The position numbers were made by a program, and so were the translations under genes. The notes below the pieces were generated by a model. The model was not told where the DNA came from. It saw only the letters and a program-made list of their open reading frames with translations, and did not search any database. DNA of 61,969 nt, the filler included, from Candidatus Woesearchaeota archaeon (lineage in GTDB: Archaea; Nanobdellota; Nanobdellia; Woesearchaeales; BM511): the NCBI GenBank assembly GCA_023266675.1. It is 5 parts of 5 records of this genome, joined end to end, with 100 filler letters (N's around TTAATTAATTAA, not from the genome) between each part and the next. Parts side by side here need not be neighbours in the genome. Positions count along the whole stretch, not along the records: positions 25,554 to 53,982 come from JAHFPP010000008.1; 4 more parts are not named here. One strand, given 5' to 3'. Positions 38,859-48,721 of the stretch are shown piece by piece (position 1 is the stretch's first letter; every line of letters starts with the position of its first letter).

Positions 38859-39920
38859 TTATACAATCAACTCCTTTTGTATGAATGACTCTTCAAGTCC
38901 GAGCTGCTTTGATTTAACTATCAAATATAGGTTTCTTAGTTCGACTTCTTTTGCAAACATGTATGCGAGTGTGATATCAATTGATAGCGGCGGCTGGTGG
39001 CGTCGTGTTGTTATATTTTTTAGCATGAATCTTTTTAGCGACAAATCAAGCTCTGACAAAGTGTTTGATTTAATTAGCTCGTTTATTCCGTTTTTGACTA
39101 TTGTTTCGTACGGCGTTTTTTCAAACTCCTTTGCAACAGCATCGTATGTTTTTGCTGCGATTATCTTTTCCCATTTCTGTTTTGAAAGCTTTGACGCGCC
39201 TGTTATGAATATAAGGTTTTTTATCACTTCATCGCTTATCTTTTCTCTTTTGAATTTTAGTATAATCTTGATGTTTGTGGCGTCAATTTCTGCGCCGATG
39301 AATCTTCTAAAGCCTTTTACTTCGATTGGTATTTTTCCTGCGAATGCAACAAGGGACGAGTAAAATATCTTGTCTAGCGCAAGCTCGATTATCTCAAGCT
39401 CTTTTTTCTCCTTAAAGGTTTTTAATGCAAGTTTTATTTCTGGCACTCTTGAGAGTTTTGCAAGGTCTATTATTTTCTCTAAGTCGTCCTCTGATATCAT
39501 CTTGTTTAGATTGTCAAGTGTAAGCTTTCCTGCAGGGATAAGGAGTTTTCTTATCTCTTCATTCTGTGTTTTTGTGAATTTTCCCCTAATTATTGTTTTG
39601 ATGTTGTGAAAATCCTCTTTTTTTAGGTATTCTGTTACTATTGATTTAACTGCGCCTTCAGTAACTCTTCTAAGTTTTGAAAATGAGTCTGTTAAGTTTT
39701 CTCTTATTGCTTTTTCTATTAATGCATTGCCTGAGAGTGAGACGCCGTATCTGTTTATCTGCTCCTTGTAGTCGAAGTCCTGCAGGTATTTTGTTATCTC
39801 GCCTATCTGCATTTTAAGCAGTTTGTCGTAGTCTGCTTTTTTCAAAAGCTTTGCTTTCATAGCGCTTACTCTTGCGTAAGTGTATGGATACTCGATTTTG
39901 TAGCTTCGTTGTTCTGCCAT
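38859..39920 (-). CDS. atpC: A/V-type ATP synthase subunit C
   Basis: YPYTYARVSAMKAKLL, EIDATNIK, KEVELRNL. Confidence 0.93.
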   Translation of the reverse strand: MAEQRSYKIEYPYTYARVSAMKAKLLKKADYDKLLKMQIGEITKYLQDFDYKEQINRYGVSLSGNALIEKAIRENLTDSFSKLRRVTEGAVKSIVTEYLKKEDFHNIKTIIRGKFTKTQNEEIRKLLIPAGKLTLDNLNKMISEDDLEKIIDLAKLSRVPEIKLALKTFKEKKELEIIELALDKIFYSSLVAFAGKIPIEVKGFRRFIGAEIDATNIKIILKFKREKISDEVIKNLIFITGASKLSKQKWEKIIAAKTYDAVAKEFEKTPYETIVKNGINELIKSNTLSELDLSLKRFMLKNITTRRHQPPLSIDITLAYMFAKEVELRNLYLIVKSKQLGLEESFIQKELIV

Positions 39921-39946
39921 TTTTTTAAGTTTGTTGATTTAGTTTT

Positions 39947-40492
39947 TTAAAATATTTTATGCGCAATCTTTTTTAGTGCTTCGCGTCTTATCTCTTCAAG
40001 TATTGTTTCGTACCTGTTGTCAACTCTAAGTTTTGTATCTCTTGTTTCTGCAATTACGCCGCCAAGCATATCCTGTGTCTTTATGTCAAAGCTTTTTGGA
40101 AGCCATTTCTTTGTCTTCTCATTGCATATGACATGTGCAACGTCAATCTGACTCATTGCATCCTTGAGGAGTATGTTTGTCAGTGCGTTTTGTGTTTTGT
40201 CATCAAGCGTTTCTATTTTTTTAACAGCGTTTTCAAAAACCTTGTCAAGCATTTCTTTTTTTCCTGAGAGCTCGATTTTTTTAAGCTCAAACTTGACTGA
40301 CGCTTCCATCATATGCGCAATGCTAGACATGAGCGCTTCTATTTCAGCGTCAGTTTTTCTGTTTTGCGCCTCTATTTCAGAAACTGCTTCATTCTCGATA
40401 GCCTTTGCTTTATTCTGTGCTTGTGCTATCTTTTCAGCAGCTTCTTTCTCTGCCAAATTCAATATTTCTTCGCGTACTGATTCTATTCCCAT
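39947..40492 (-). CDS. atpE: A/V-type ATP synthase subunit E
   Basis: N-terminal coiled coil; GGVIAE...RVDNRYE. Confidence 0.9.
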   Translation of the reverse strand: MGIESVREEILNLAEKEAAEKIAQAQNKAKAIENEAVSEIEAQNRKTDAEIEALMSSIAHMMEASVKFELKKIELSGKKEMLDKVFENAVKKIETLDDKTQNALTNILLKDAMSQIDVAHVICNEKTKKWLPKSFDIKTQDMLGGVIAETRDTKLRVDNRYETILEEIRREALKKIAHKIF

Positions 40493-40554
40493 TTTGTTTT
40501 TTATTTTTTCTATTTTTATTTTTATATATTTTAAAAAAAATTAATTAAAGGTGT

Positions 40555-40785
40555 TTATCCTGCCATTCCAAGTATTTTAAGAGCTATTACTAGTCCAAAA
40601 ATGATTAATGATTCTGGTAAAACAGTCATTAATATTCCTTTACCAAATAATTCTTCTTTTTCTGCTAAAGCACCAACTGCTGCTGCTCCTATTGGTCCTT
40701 CACCCATACCTGCGCCTACTGCGCTTAATCCGACTGCAAGGCCTGCGCCTACAGCTAATAGTCCTGTTCCGATGTCTACTGTCAT
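40555..40785 (-). CDS. atpK: A/V-type ATP synthase proteolipid subunit K (single hairpin)
   Basis: GAGLAVGLSAVGAG, LPESL ion-binding Glu; SD GGAGG. Confidence 0.93.
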   Translation of the reverse strand: MTVDIGTGLLAVGAGLAVGLSAVGAGMGEGPIGAAAVGALAEKEELFGKGILMTVLPESLIIFGLVIALKILGMAG

Positions 40786-40868
40786 TTTCTTTTCCTCCAA
40801 ATTGTTTTTTTATTTTTATTTTTGTAAATTTTTTATTTGTTTTTTATTTTATGATTGTGAAGTATTAT

Positions 40869-42773
40869 CTAATTCAATTTTTGTTTTTCTCCAAATGGTA
40901 TAAACTTTTTTCCGCCGCCTGTATAAAATCTTTTGAAAAATTCCACATAATGTAGTCTTAGTGAATGTATAAATGGACCAAATAATCCAAGGATGATATT
41001 AATTAGATGTCCTATTATTAGTAATAATATTCCAAAAATTATCATTACTCCCCCTTGATTAAACATTATTCCGACATTCTCATTTATTATTAATGCAAGT
41101 TGAACAGATGCTAGTCCGACTGCCATTAATCTTGCATAAGAGAGTATATTTGATAGCAATGATGGTAATTCAATTATACCCAATGCACCTTCTCCCATGA
41201 AAATTAATACAACTCCAATTATTGATATTGCTATTAATATTGGTATTGGAGGTATTGTATAATTTAAGATTGTTGCATATACTCCCTCCACTACTTTAAA
41301 AAAATAAACTAATATCCAGTTGACTAGCGGTATTAGCAGTATCCAACCAACTTTCTCGTATACTGCGTGCTTTAGTCCGTGGTGATGATAAGTGTTGATG
41401 AAGCCAAGTATCAGTCCAAACAGCACATGAAGTATTCCTATGATTATCGCGACAGCGAGTAACTCGTTTATCTGGTGAGCCCTTGATAATAAATGTGGAA
41501 GCTCAATGTGAAGATAAGGTATGAATTCCTCTCCAAAGAATTCTCCAAATATGAATCCAAAGATTATTGTGCCAACGCTTGACAGCATTAAGATGTTAAG
41601 TATCTGGCTTACTGCTCCCTTGTTGAATTTCATTCTTAAAAGCGCGAATATTATAAATGTTAAAAACCCGTAGCCGATGTCTCCAAGCATGAATCCAAAG
41701 AACAGCGGAAATGTGAGGAACATTAGTATTGTTGGGTCGACTTCAAAGTATTGCGGCATTGCAAAAAGGTCTATTAGGAACTGGAATGATTTTGCAGGTC
41801 TTGGATTGTTTAAGAGTACTGGTCCAAGTTCTTTCTCTTTTAGCGGTATCAGGTTGACAAAGATTTTGTTTTCAGTTACTTCTTCTAGTGTTTCCTTGAC
41901 TTTTTCAAACCTTTTTTCAGGAACCCATCCGCTTATCACGTGAGTGTTTTTTGATGCAGCAAATTTAAGCGGGGCTTCGCATTTTTCATGCTCTTCTTCA
42001 AGAATTTCGTTTGCGTTAAGTATGAACTGTTCTGATTCTTTTTTTATTTGTGAAAGCCTTGTTTTCAATGTTTTTTCTTCCTTGACAAGTTCCCTGTTTA
42101 ATCCTTCAGTTCTTGTGTGCATATCAACAAACTGTGTTTTAACGCTTGGCATTAGTTTTCTTATTTCATCCTTTTCGATTCCAAGGAAATTGTTTTCTTT
42201 AAGTATGGCTGTTATCTCTGCTTTCTTTGCTTTTGGAGCCAGAATAAAAACAAGTCTTGCGCCGTCAACGTCTTTTGTAAGTATAAAGCTTGTTTCTGAC
42301 GTTGCCCTCACTGTTTTCTCAATGTCGCGCTTTACAAATCCGCAAAAGAATAGAGAGTTTTCATCGTTACTCCTTGCTGAGTCAAATTTTAATCCTTCAA
42401 ATGCAACGTGGTATGATTTTTGTTTTATTGCGAGGAGTGATTTTTTGTAGAAGTCTATTGTTTCAATGCTGTTTTTTAATTCGTCGTATATGTTGTTTAT
42501 CTCGTTTCGTATATTTTCTTCCTGCAGCTTTTCTCTTTGGAACTCTTTGTTTGAAAGGTTTATGTCTGCGTTTGACGCTATGCTTTTTGTCTTGATAACT
42601 AGCTCTGAAAGTTCTTCGCCGCGCTTTAGTGGATGCCCTATGTCAAAGTCTTCAGATTTCTCGTATTCTTCAATCTGTATTGCTTTTAGTGAGTATAATG
42701 TGTCAATGACTTTGTTTAATAGGTTGTTTGGAGCGACTATTCCAACCTTGACCATCTTTTGAGGCTTAAACAC
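40869..42773 (-). CDS. atpI: A/V-type ATP synthase subunit I
   Basis: EVDPT, FFGFMLGDIGYG, LSYARLMA, LRLHYVEFF. Confidence 0.96.
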   Translation of the reverse strand: MFKPQKMVKVGIVAPNNLLNKVIDTLYSLKAIQIEEYEKSEDFDIGHPLKRGEELSELVIKTKSIASNADINLSNKEFQREKLQEENIRNEINNIYDELKNSIETIDFYKKSLLAIKQKSYHVAFEGLKFDSARSNDENSLFFCGFVKRDIEKTVRATSETSFILTKDVDGARLVFILAPKAKKAEITAILKENNFLGIEKDEIRKLMPSVKTQFVDMHTRTEGLNRELVKEEKTLKTRLSQIKKESEQFILNANEILEEEHEKCEAPLKFAASKNTHVISGWVPEKRFEKVKETLEEVTENKIFVNLIPLKEKELGPVLLNNPRPAKSFQFLIDLFAMPQYFEVDPTILMFLTFPLFFGFMLGDIGYGFLTFIIFALLRMKFNKGAVSQILNILMLSSVGTIIFGFIFGEFFGEEFIPYLHIELPHLLSRAHQINELLAVAIIIGILHVLFGLILGFINTYHHHGLKHAVYEKVGWILLIPLVNWILVYFFKVVEGVYATILNYTIPPIPILIAISIIGVVLIFMGEGALGIIELPSLLSNILSYARLMAVGLASVQLALIINENVGIMFNQGGVMIIFGILLLIIGHLINIILGLFGPFIHSLRLHYVEFFKRFYTGGGKKFIPFGEKQKLN

Positions 42774-43119
42774 TAGTCTGGCCCCTTTTTTCTATTTTCT
42801 TGATGAAAAGCTCAACAACAACATCCGCTGCGGTGAAGGTTTTTTGCTCTGTCTTCTCTTTTTTTTCGCTAAACTTAGAAATTCCTTTTTCGATTAACGC
42901 CTTGCCTTTTTCGTCGTTTTCTTTCTTTGAAGTTTCGACAGCTGACGCTTTCTTCATATCCCTGCTATCTTTCGCTTCCTTAATCTCTGCCTGTGTTTTA
43001 TGCTTTGATTCAAGGATTATGTTTTCAGCTTTTTTTTCAGCGTCAGTAAAAACAGCATCAGATTTTACATCGATTTCTTTGATTTTTTTTATTGTATCCT
43101 TATTTATATTAACCATCAT
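42766..43119 (-). CDS. atpH: A/V-type ATP synthase subunit H/G
   Basis: Charged coiled-coil ORF first in the operon, overlapping atpI. Confidence 0.7.
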   Translation of the reverse strand: MMVNINKDTIKKIKEIDVKSDAVFTDAEKKAENIILESKHKTQAEIKEAKDSRDMKKASAVETSKKENDEKGKALIEKGISKFSEKKEKTEQKTFTAADVVVELFIKKIEKRGQTSV

Positions 43120-43226
43120 ATATTCTTACTCCACTTCATTCACACGTTTATCTACAAAAAAATTAGGGTCTTTATATACTTTTTTATTTTTTGTGCTGTT
43201 AGAAGAGAGATAAGTATTCAAAATAA

Positions 43227-43640
43227 TTATAGATTATACCACTTTCTTGAGAGTTCTATAACATCATTATCAACAAGAAGTAGGTTTTCAAGTGAATCAA
43301 GTCTTATAAAGTGAGGTATTGTCTCAAGTGAAGGAGTCAGTATCCCAGAATATGATGTGCAAAGAAAAGGCTGAAAATTAAAATCTTCAAACCCTTCTTT
43401 CATTTTAAGCCTGCTTGCGCTTGGGTCTATTGGCAATTTGTGAAGATATTGCAGCGAAGTTTCTAATCCAGTTTCTTCTTTAAGTTCACGTATAGCTGCC
43501 TGTTCAGGCGACTCTCCTTTTTCAACTCTCCCTGCCGGAAAGCCGTGAGAACCTTTTGGAAGGCGCGCATGCTCTGTATGTTCAACTAAAAGAACTTCAT
43601 TGTCTCTGTACAAAAGCACGCCGACACAGAAAGTAACCAT
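43227..43640 (-). CDS. Nudix hydrolase
   Basis: Nudix box GRVEKGESPEQAAIRELKEETG. Confidence 0.93.
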   Translation of the reverse strand: MVTFCVGVLLYRDNEVLLVEHTEHARLPKGSHGFPAGRVEKGESPEQAAIRELKEETGLETSLQYLHKLPIDPSASRLKMKEGFEDFNFQPFLCTSYSGILTPSLETIPHFIRLDSLENLLLVDNDVIELSRKWYNL

Positions 43641-43723
43641 AGAGGAGGATATTTTGATTTTTTATTTAAAGTTAACGCATACACCCTCAAAACAACGGTG
43701 TTATGTCTGTTAAGTGATAAAAT

Positions 43724-44320
43724 ATGATAAAGTTTATAAATAAAAATTTAGTTCTGCGCGTTATGATGATGATTAATGAGGAATTGGCAGACCGATTAGT
43801 TCATGATATGTCAATCCATCTTGGTTTGGAGGGTATTGACAGAGAGCTATTTAGTAAATCATTAACAGCTGCAAAGTTATCACTGCCTTTTAGGTTTGGT
43901 GAATATGTCAGGAAAACAAGACAGATAGTGCCTGAAATTGACCATTACCATTATATATCTGTAACAAGACTTTTGCGCAACGACTTAGCAAAAACAAGTG
44001 GCATTTCTCTTTTAATAGATGGTATCGATAGGATATCATACTCACTTGGGATATGCTCATCAGGCATATTAACAAGAAGATTAACAAAAGATGAAGAGAT
44101 AACTGAGATGATGTCAAAAAGCGATTCACCATATTCATTATTTGGAAAGATTCAAAAAAGTGAGTATTCAATACATGAATTGGCTTCCAATGCGCCAACA
44201 GCTCCATTTCTGGTGATTCCGGGATATGTGAATAACAGCGCAGTAAAAAGATGGGAAAAAGAAAATACAATACCATTTACAGACGCTGGTTTTAGCCTGA
44301 TGATGAATGGACAAAAATAG
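43724..44320 (+). CDS. Hypothetical protein
   Basis: 198-aa ORF; start probably near 43763-43769. Confidence 0.6.
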   Translation: MIKFINKNLVLRVMMMINEELADRLVHDMSIHLGLEGIDRELFSKSLTAAKLSLPFRFGEYVRKTRQIVPEIDHYHYISVTRLLRNDLAKTSGISLLIDGIDRISYSLGICSSGILTRRLTKDEEITEMMSKSDSPYSLFGKIQKSEYSIHELASNAPTAPFLVIPGYVNNSAVKRWEKENTIPFTDAGFSLMMNGQK

Positions 44321-44358
44321 TAAACATTGATATATAGTCATGGTTTAGATTAAAAAAA

Positions 44359-44964
44359 TTATTTAAACGTCTTAATCATCTCAACTATGCCGTTTTTTAT
44401 CATGTCTGCTGCCATTGCTGAAAGTATGAGTCCAAACACTCGTGAGATTACTTCAATGACTCTTTCGCCTACTAGTTTTGAGATTTTTTCTGCAAAGTAC
44501 AAAAACAGCCAGGTAACTATTATCGCAGCAAGTATCGCTATTAATACTGGAAGTTTTCCAAAATTATTTGATAGAATTATTGTTGTTGTTATTGCTCCTG
44601 GACCGCAAAGAAGTGGCGTTCCGATAATCACAGCCGCGGCTGTTGTGTCTTGATCTTTCTTTCTGCCAAACTCAATCCCAAGCACTGCCTGGATACCTAA
44701 GATTAGAAGAAGTATTCCTCCGGCAACTCGTAGGCCCGAAAGGCTTATTCCAAGCATTGTTAAGATATAATCTCCAAAGAACAGAAAGAATAATAATAGT
44801 CCTAGCGCTACACCAGTTGCAACTAGCGCCTGCTCTGCCCTTTGTTTTTTATCCATGCCTTTTGTTAGCGTAATAAATATTGCAAGACCAAGGAACGGGT
44901 CAAGGATTATTAATAGCTTCCAGAAGCTTTCAATGACGGCGCTTAAGAATATGCTTTCAACCAT
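44359..44964 (-). CDS. marC: MarC family membrane protein
   Basis: LDPFLG, VAGGILL, PLLCGPGAIT, SRVFGLIL. Confidence 0.92.
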   Translation of the reverse strand: MVESIFLSAVIESFWKLLIILDPFLGLAIFITLTKGMDKKQRAEQALVATGVALGLLLFFLFFGDYILTMLGISLSGLRVAGGILLLILGIQAVLGIEFGRKKDQDTTAAAVIIGTPLLCGPGAITTTIILSNNFGKLPVLIAILAAIIVTWLFLYFAEKISKLVGERVIEVISRVFGLILSAMAADMIKNGIVEMIKTFK

Positions 44965-45047
44965 TACATATATAGTTTAATCGCTGCTTTTTATAGTTTA
45001 TTAATTTGCAGGAAAACCTTTATATACGCAGAAGTTTAACTAAAACC

Positions 45048-45473
45048 ATGCAAGATTTCATGTTTACATACAAAAAAACGTTTAAGGGAAAATTTTTGTT
45101 CCTGTTTTTTGTGATAGGAATTCTTATTGCGATAGGAACGTTTTTCTACCATTTTGTAGAAGGGTGGAGCTATCTTGACTCATTTTATTTTACTGCAATA
45201 TCTCTTTCAACGCGAGGTTATGGTGAGCATCATCCGACAACAGCCTTTTCAATGATATTCACAGCGTTTTATCTGTTTTTAGGTGTAGCTTTTATTTTGT
45301 ATGCATTATCATCTCTAATAGGACATTACATCCAAAACCAAGAACCGATGATTGAGAAGAAGATGGATACAATTGTGAAGAAGTTCTCATCTGAACCAAA
45401 AAGTGAGAAGTGGGTTGTGCTTAAAGCCCCAAGTAATAACAACAATAAATTTCCTCCAAGAAAGAATTTCTGA
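45048..45473 (+). CDS. Two-TM potassium channel family protein
   Basis: EGWSYLDSFYFTAISLSTRGYGE pore region. Confidence 0.85.
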   Translation: MQDFMFTYKKTFKGKFLFLFFVIGILIAIGTFFYHFVEGWSYLDSFYFTAISLSTRGYGEHHPTTAFSMIFTAFYLFLGVAFILYALSSLIGHYIQNQEPMIEKKMDTIVKKFSSEPKSEKWVVLKAPSNNNNKFPPRKNF

Positions 45474-45541
45474 TTAAATACAAGTATCACTCTTAAGTAA
45501 ACAAATAAAAAAAGTTTTATAAATATTATTGAAGTTCTACA

Positions 45542-46108
45542 ATGATGCAAAACGATGTTTGGAGCGAGTTTACCATGGAAGATGATGAACTTGATAATGG
45601 AGCAGGAATATTATACTGTTTAAGATATAATGGCGATGAGCTTAAAAAACATCAGGAGAGAGTTGTTGATTCAATAAAATCTGTAGGAATATATCTTGAA
45701 GAAAAAGAAGGTTTTGTATATGTAAAATACAAGCAAGAATTGAGCAGTAGTGAAGAAGAAAGAATATATTTACTATTTGAAGAATTATCATGCGTCAATG
45801 AGGCATTGGCGTATTCATCATATGGGCTTTCTGATTTTAAAAACATATCTCATTTATGCGATGGTTTTAGGGATACGTATTTTGACTTGCTTGGGAAAAA
45901 AGAAATGGAAAATGTTAGGAATATTGTTTCATCATTTATACCACAGATTGTAAAGGATATTTATCGCGCTGATTCAGAAGCTGCGCTTCTTACGCATGGA
46001 GAGAGAAAAGACTTGTCAGATTTACTCACATTTGCAAAGAAGCAGGAACGAAATCTTAATTCAGGAAGATATACTGTTGTTGAAAGTGTTAGCAGCAGAA
46101 TACAATAA
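45542..46108 (+). CDS. Hypothetical protein
   Basis: 188-aa ORF with upstream TATA. Confidence 0.6.
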   Translation: MMQNDVWSEFTMEDDELDNGAGILYCLRYNGDELKKHQERVVDSIKSVGIYLEEKEGFVYVKYKQELSSSEEERIYLLFEELSCVNEALAYSSYGLSDFKNISHLCDGFRDTYFDLLGKKEMENVRNIVSSFIPQIVKDIYRADSEAALLTHGERKDLSDLLTFAKKQERNLNSGRYTVVESVSSRIQ

Positions 46109-46135
46109 CAATTTAAGATATGATTAATGAAAAGA

Positions 46136-48622
46136 TTATTCAATCTTTAGCGCTCGTCTAATTATATCATAAACTTGCGGATACTTGTCAATGTTAAGCA
46201 TTTCTGTATGAAGTGTTGAAAGTCCGCTGCAGCTTCCATTGATATAAAAGTTGTGGGCATAGTCAAGCTTTGCGTAATCCTTTGTTACAACTCCGTCACC
46301 ATTTTCACCATTCATATCACACCCTTCACCGATTATGTTGTACACGTCAACGGTTTCAGGAATCCTGTCCCGATTCACTTTGTTAATAAAAAGACTTTCA
46401 GAGTTTAAATCGGTGCATTCAAGCTTTTCACCGATGATACTGCAGTAATCAGCAATCTTTCCTTTGATGCCATGATTTGGAGAGCCCACCATTATCAGTT
46501 TGTCAACAGAGTCAGCTCCAAATATCTGGATGTATCTCCTTGCAACAAGACCCCCCATGCTGTGGGTGATAAAGATAACTTTGTCTTTTCCTGTTCTGTA
46601 TTTTATTGTTTTAACAAGGTCATTTAAGCGTATTGAATAAGTGTCTATATTCTCGCTTTTGGTCTGAATTACAATATAATTCTGAGACTCCTGAAATATG
46701 TCAAAATAATAACTGGCCTTGACGCTTATTGGAATTCCAGACACCCCCCAAACACCAAAACTCATGTTTGGATTATTATATGCTGATACAGCGCCTGAGT
46801 TAAGATATCCTTCTTTTTCAAGCGCTGCCTGTATTTTGTCAAATGCATCAAGCGAGTAATCTGCATCAACTGCTTTATTGAAGCTGTGTCCGTGCAAAAA
46901 TACGACAGGATAATTTTCTTTTGAATTAAGGCATTCGCTTGATGTGCAGCATTCTTTGCATTTACCAAATGTGCAGCATGAAAGAGAGAGCTCTGTTAAA
47001 TTAAAAGGCAATGTATACTTTTCCAGAATAGGAATTGTTGACGCTGTAATATTCAGTTTAGCCGGTGTTGTGTTTAAGGAGATAAATTTGCATTCAACCA
47101 TCTCCTGTTTTTTTAGCTCTTTAAGCATTGAAGGAATTAATAATCCGTCAGGAGTTGAAGGTGTTGTTGAAAGATTCTTTTTTTTTAGTAGATAATTTAT
47201 TAAATCCGTGTTTGCTTGTTTTAAAGTGAGATTTTGTATATATTCACCGATTATTAACGCCCTTAAATTGTTAAGTGCATTGGTTACATTTTCTACGCTG
47301 AAATTTGAATCTGTCTGATTGTTATCCAAGTTATTAGTTATTAGTAAATGATGCAGTTGATTAACATATGAAATATCGCTGCAAGATTTTTCAATATCAA
47401 AATAAGTCTGATTTAATACCTTATTTACTCCGTCTCGTTTTATGCATGTCTGGTTTAATCTGCACAAAAGTTCATACTCAATATCCGCATCCAATGTTTT
47501 TTTTAAAGCCTCAAGATTATTAGTTTGATTTATAAGTAAAGAAAGGTTTAGAGCTGCAGAATTAATAGAATCGACATAGTTTTGTTTGTTTTCAAAGGTA
47601 TCCTTGTCTTCAAAAACAGAGAGGATTAAATTAAAGTAGTTTATTGAATTGTTTAATTGAATTGCAACAAGCATATCCTCATTTGGTTTTTTATCTAGCT
47701 CTTGAAGTAAATTGCTGGTATTGTTTAGCTTGTAAATAACTTCTGCATACCTATCCGATACATTTACTGCATCATCGTATAATTTAGATACAGATTCTGA
47801 GGAATAATTTACGGCATTGGTTAATTTTAAAACCTCGCCATCCAAAAGATAAAAATTCTGTTTAGCCCACATCTGATTTAAATCAGACAAGTCTTCACCG
47901 TGTTTTTGAAGAGAGTTTAGCTCATTTTCAGTATTGTTTTTTAAATCATCAATTATTATTTTGTCTTCAAGATTTTTTATTATTGCGTTGATTGAATTTA
48001 TTTTTGAAAACTCGTCTTCTAGGACATTTTTTAGATTTTCGATGTCATTTTTCAGTTTTACTTTTAATGTTTTTTCTTCATCGCTTAAACGGTATTCTGC
48101 TGTTATCAAAATATTTCTTGAAATTGCCTCGCCGCTTGTGTGGCAGAATGCTGTGCTTTTGGCCTGGCAGTTTATTGTCTCTCTGAATATTTTCTGGCCT
48201 TCTCCAAAATCAGTTATTTTCAGCGCGTATTTAAGCTGTATCGGACCGCTTGTCTTTAATATGAAAGACTCTTTTTTAAGCGTGACCCCCTCGCTTATGT
48301 CCTCAAATTTTGAAACACATGTGGCTTCACAGAAGGGGTTTGTCGTGATGCTTGCCTTAAAGCTTATGTTTTCTTCCTGCCCTCGTATAAGTATCAAATC
48401 CTCTTTATCTGAGGATAATTTTAGGACTATGTCATTTCCCAGAAGGAATTTGACATATAAGTATGAATTTGTTGCAAAAAAGGAGAATATCAAAACGGCA
48501 AGCGTTATTGTTGAATAAAATAATAATCGATGCGACCTGATTTTCTGGACTGCCCTTTTGAGTATATTTGTATTTGTTTTGTCTTTTGCTTCTTTTCGGT
48601 TTTTCTCATCAGTTTTATCCAT
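46136..48622 (-). CDS. Membrane-anchored protein with C-terminal alpha/beta hydrolase (lipase-like) domain
   Basis: PVVFLHG, THSMGG nucleophile elbow, GSPNHG, DGVV, LHT; N-terminal TM and long helical stalk. Confidence 0.85.
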   Translation of the reverse strand: MDKTDEKNRKEAKDKTNTNILKRAVQKIRSHRLLFYSTITLAVLIFSFFATNSYLYVKFLLGNDIVLKLSSDKEDLILIRGQEENISFKASITTNPFCEATCVSKFEDISEGVTLKKESFILKTSGPIQLKYALKITDFGEGQKIFRETINCQAKSTAFCHTSGEAISRNILITAEYRLSDEEKTLKVKLKNDIENLKNVLEDEFSKINSINAIIKNLEDKIIIDDLKNNTENELNSLQKHGEDLSDLNQMWAKQNFYLLDGEVLKLTNAVNYSSESVSKLYDDAVNVSDRYAEVIYKLNNTSNLLQELDKKPNEDMLVAIQLNNSINYFNLILSVFEDKDTFENKQNYVDSINSAALNLSLLINQTNNLEALKKTLDADIEYELLCRLNQTCIKRDGVNKVLNQTYFDIEKSCSDISYVNQLHHLLITNNLDNNQTDSNFSVENVTNALNNLRALIIGEYIQNLTLKQANTDLINYLLKKKNLSTTPSTPDGLLIPSMLKELKKQEMVECKFISLNTTPAKLNITASTIPILEKYTLPFNLTELSLSCCTFGKCKECCTSSECLNSKENYPVVFLHGHSFNKAVDADYSLDAFDKIQAALEKEGYLNSGAVSAYNNPNMSFGVWGVSGIPISVKASYYFDIFQESQNYIVIQTKSENIDTYSIRLNDLVKTIKYRTGKDKVIFITHSMGGLVARRYIQIFGADSVDKLIMVGSPNHGIKGKIADYCSIIGEKLECTDLNSESLFINKVNRDRIPETVDVYNIIGEGCDMNGENGDGVVTKDYAKLDYAHNFYINGSCSGLSTLHTEMLNIDKYPQVYDIIRRALKIE

Positions 48623-48721
48623 ATCAACTTGATTTAGATTAATCCTTATTTAAATTATTTGGAAAATATTGAAATTCAAATAGAAAAAATAAATTTATTA
48701 AAAACAAAAAGGTACATATAA

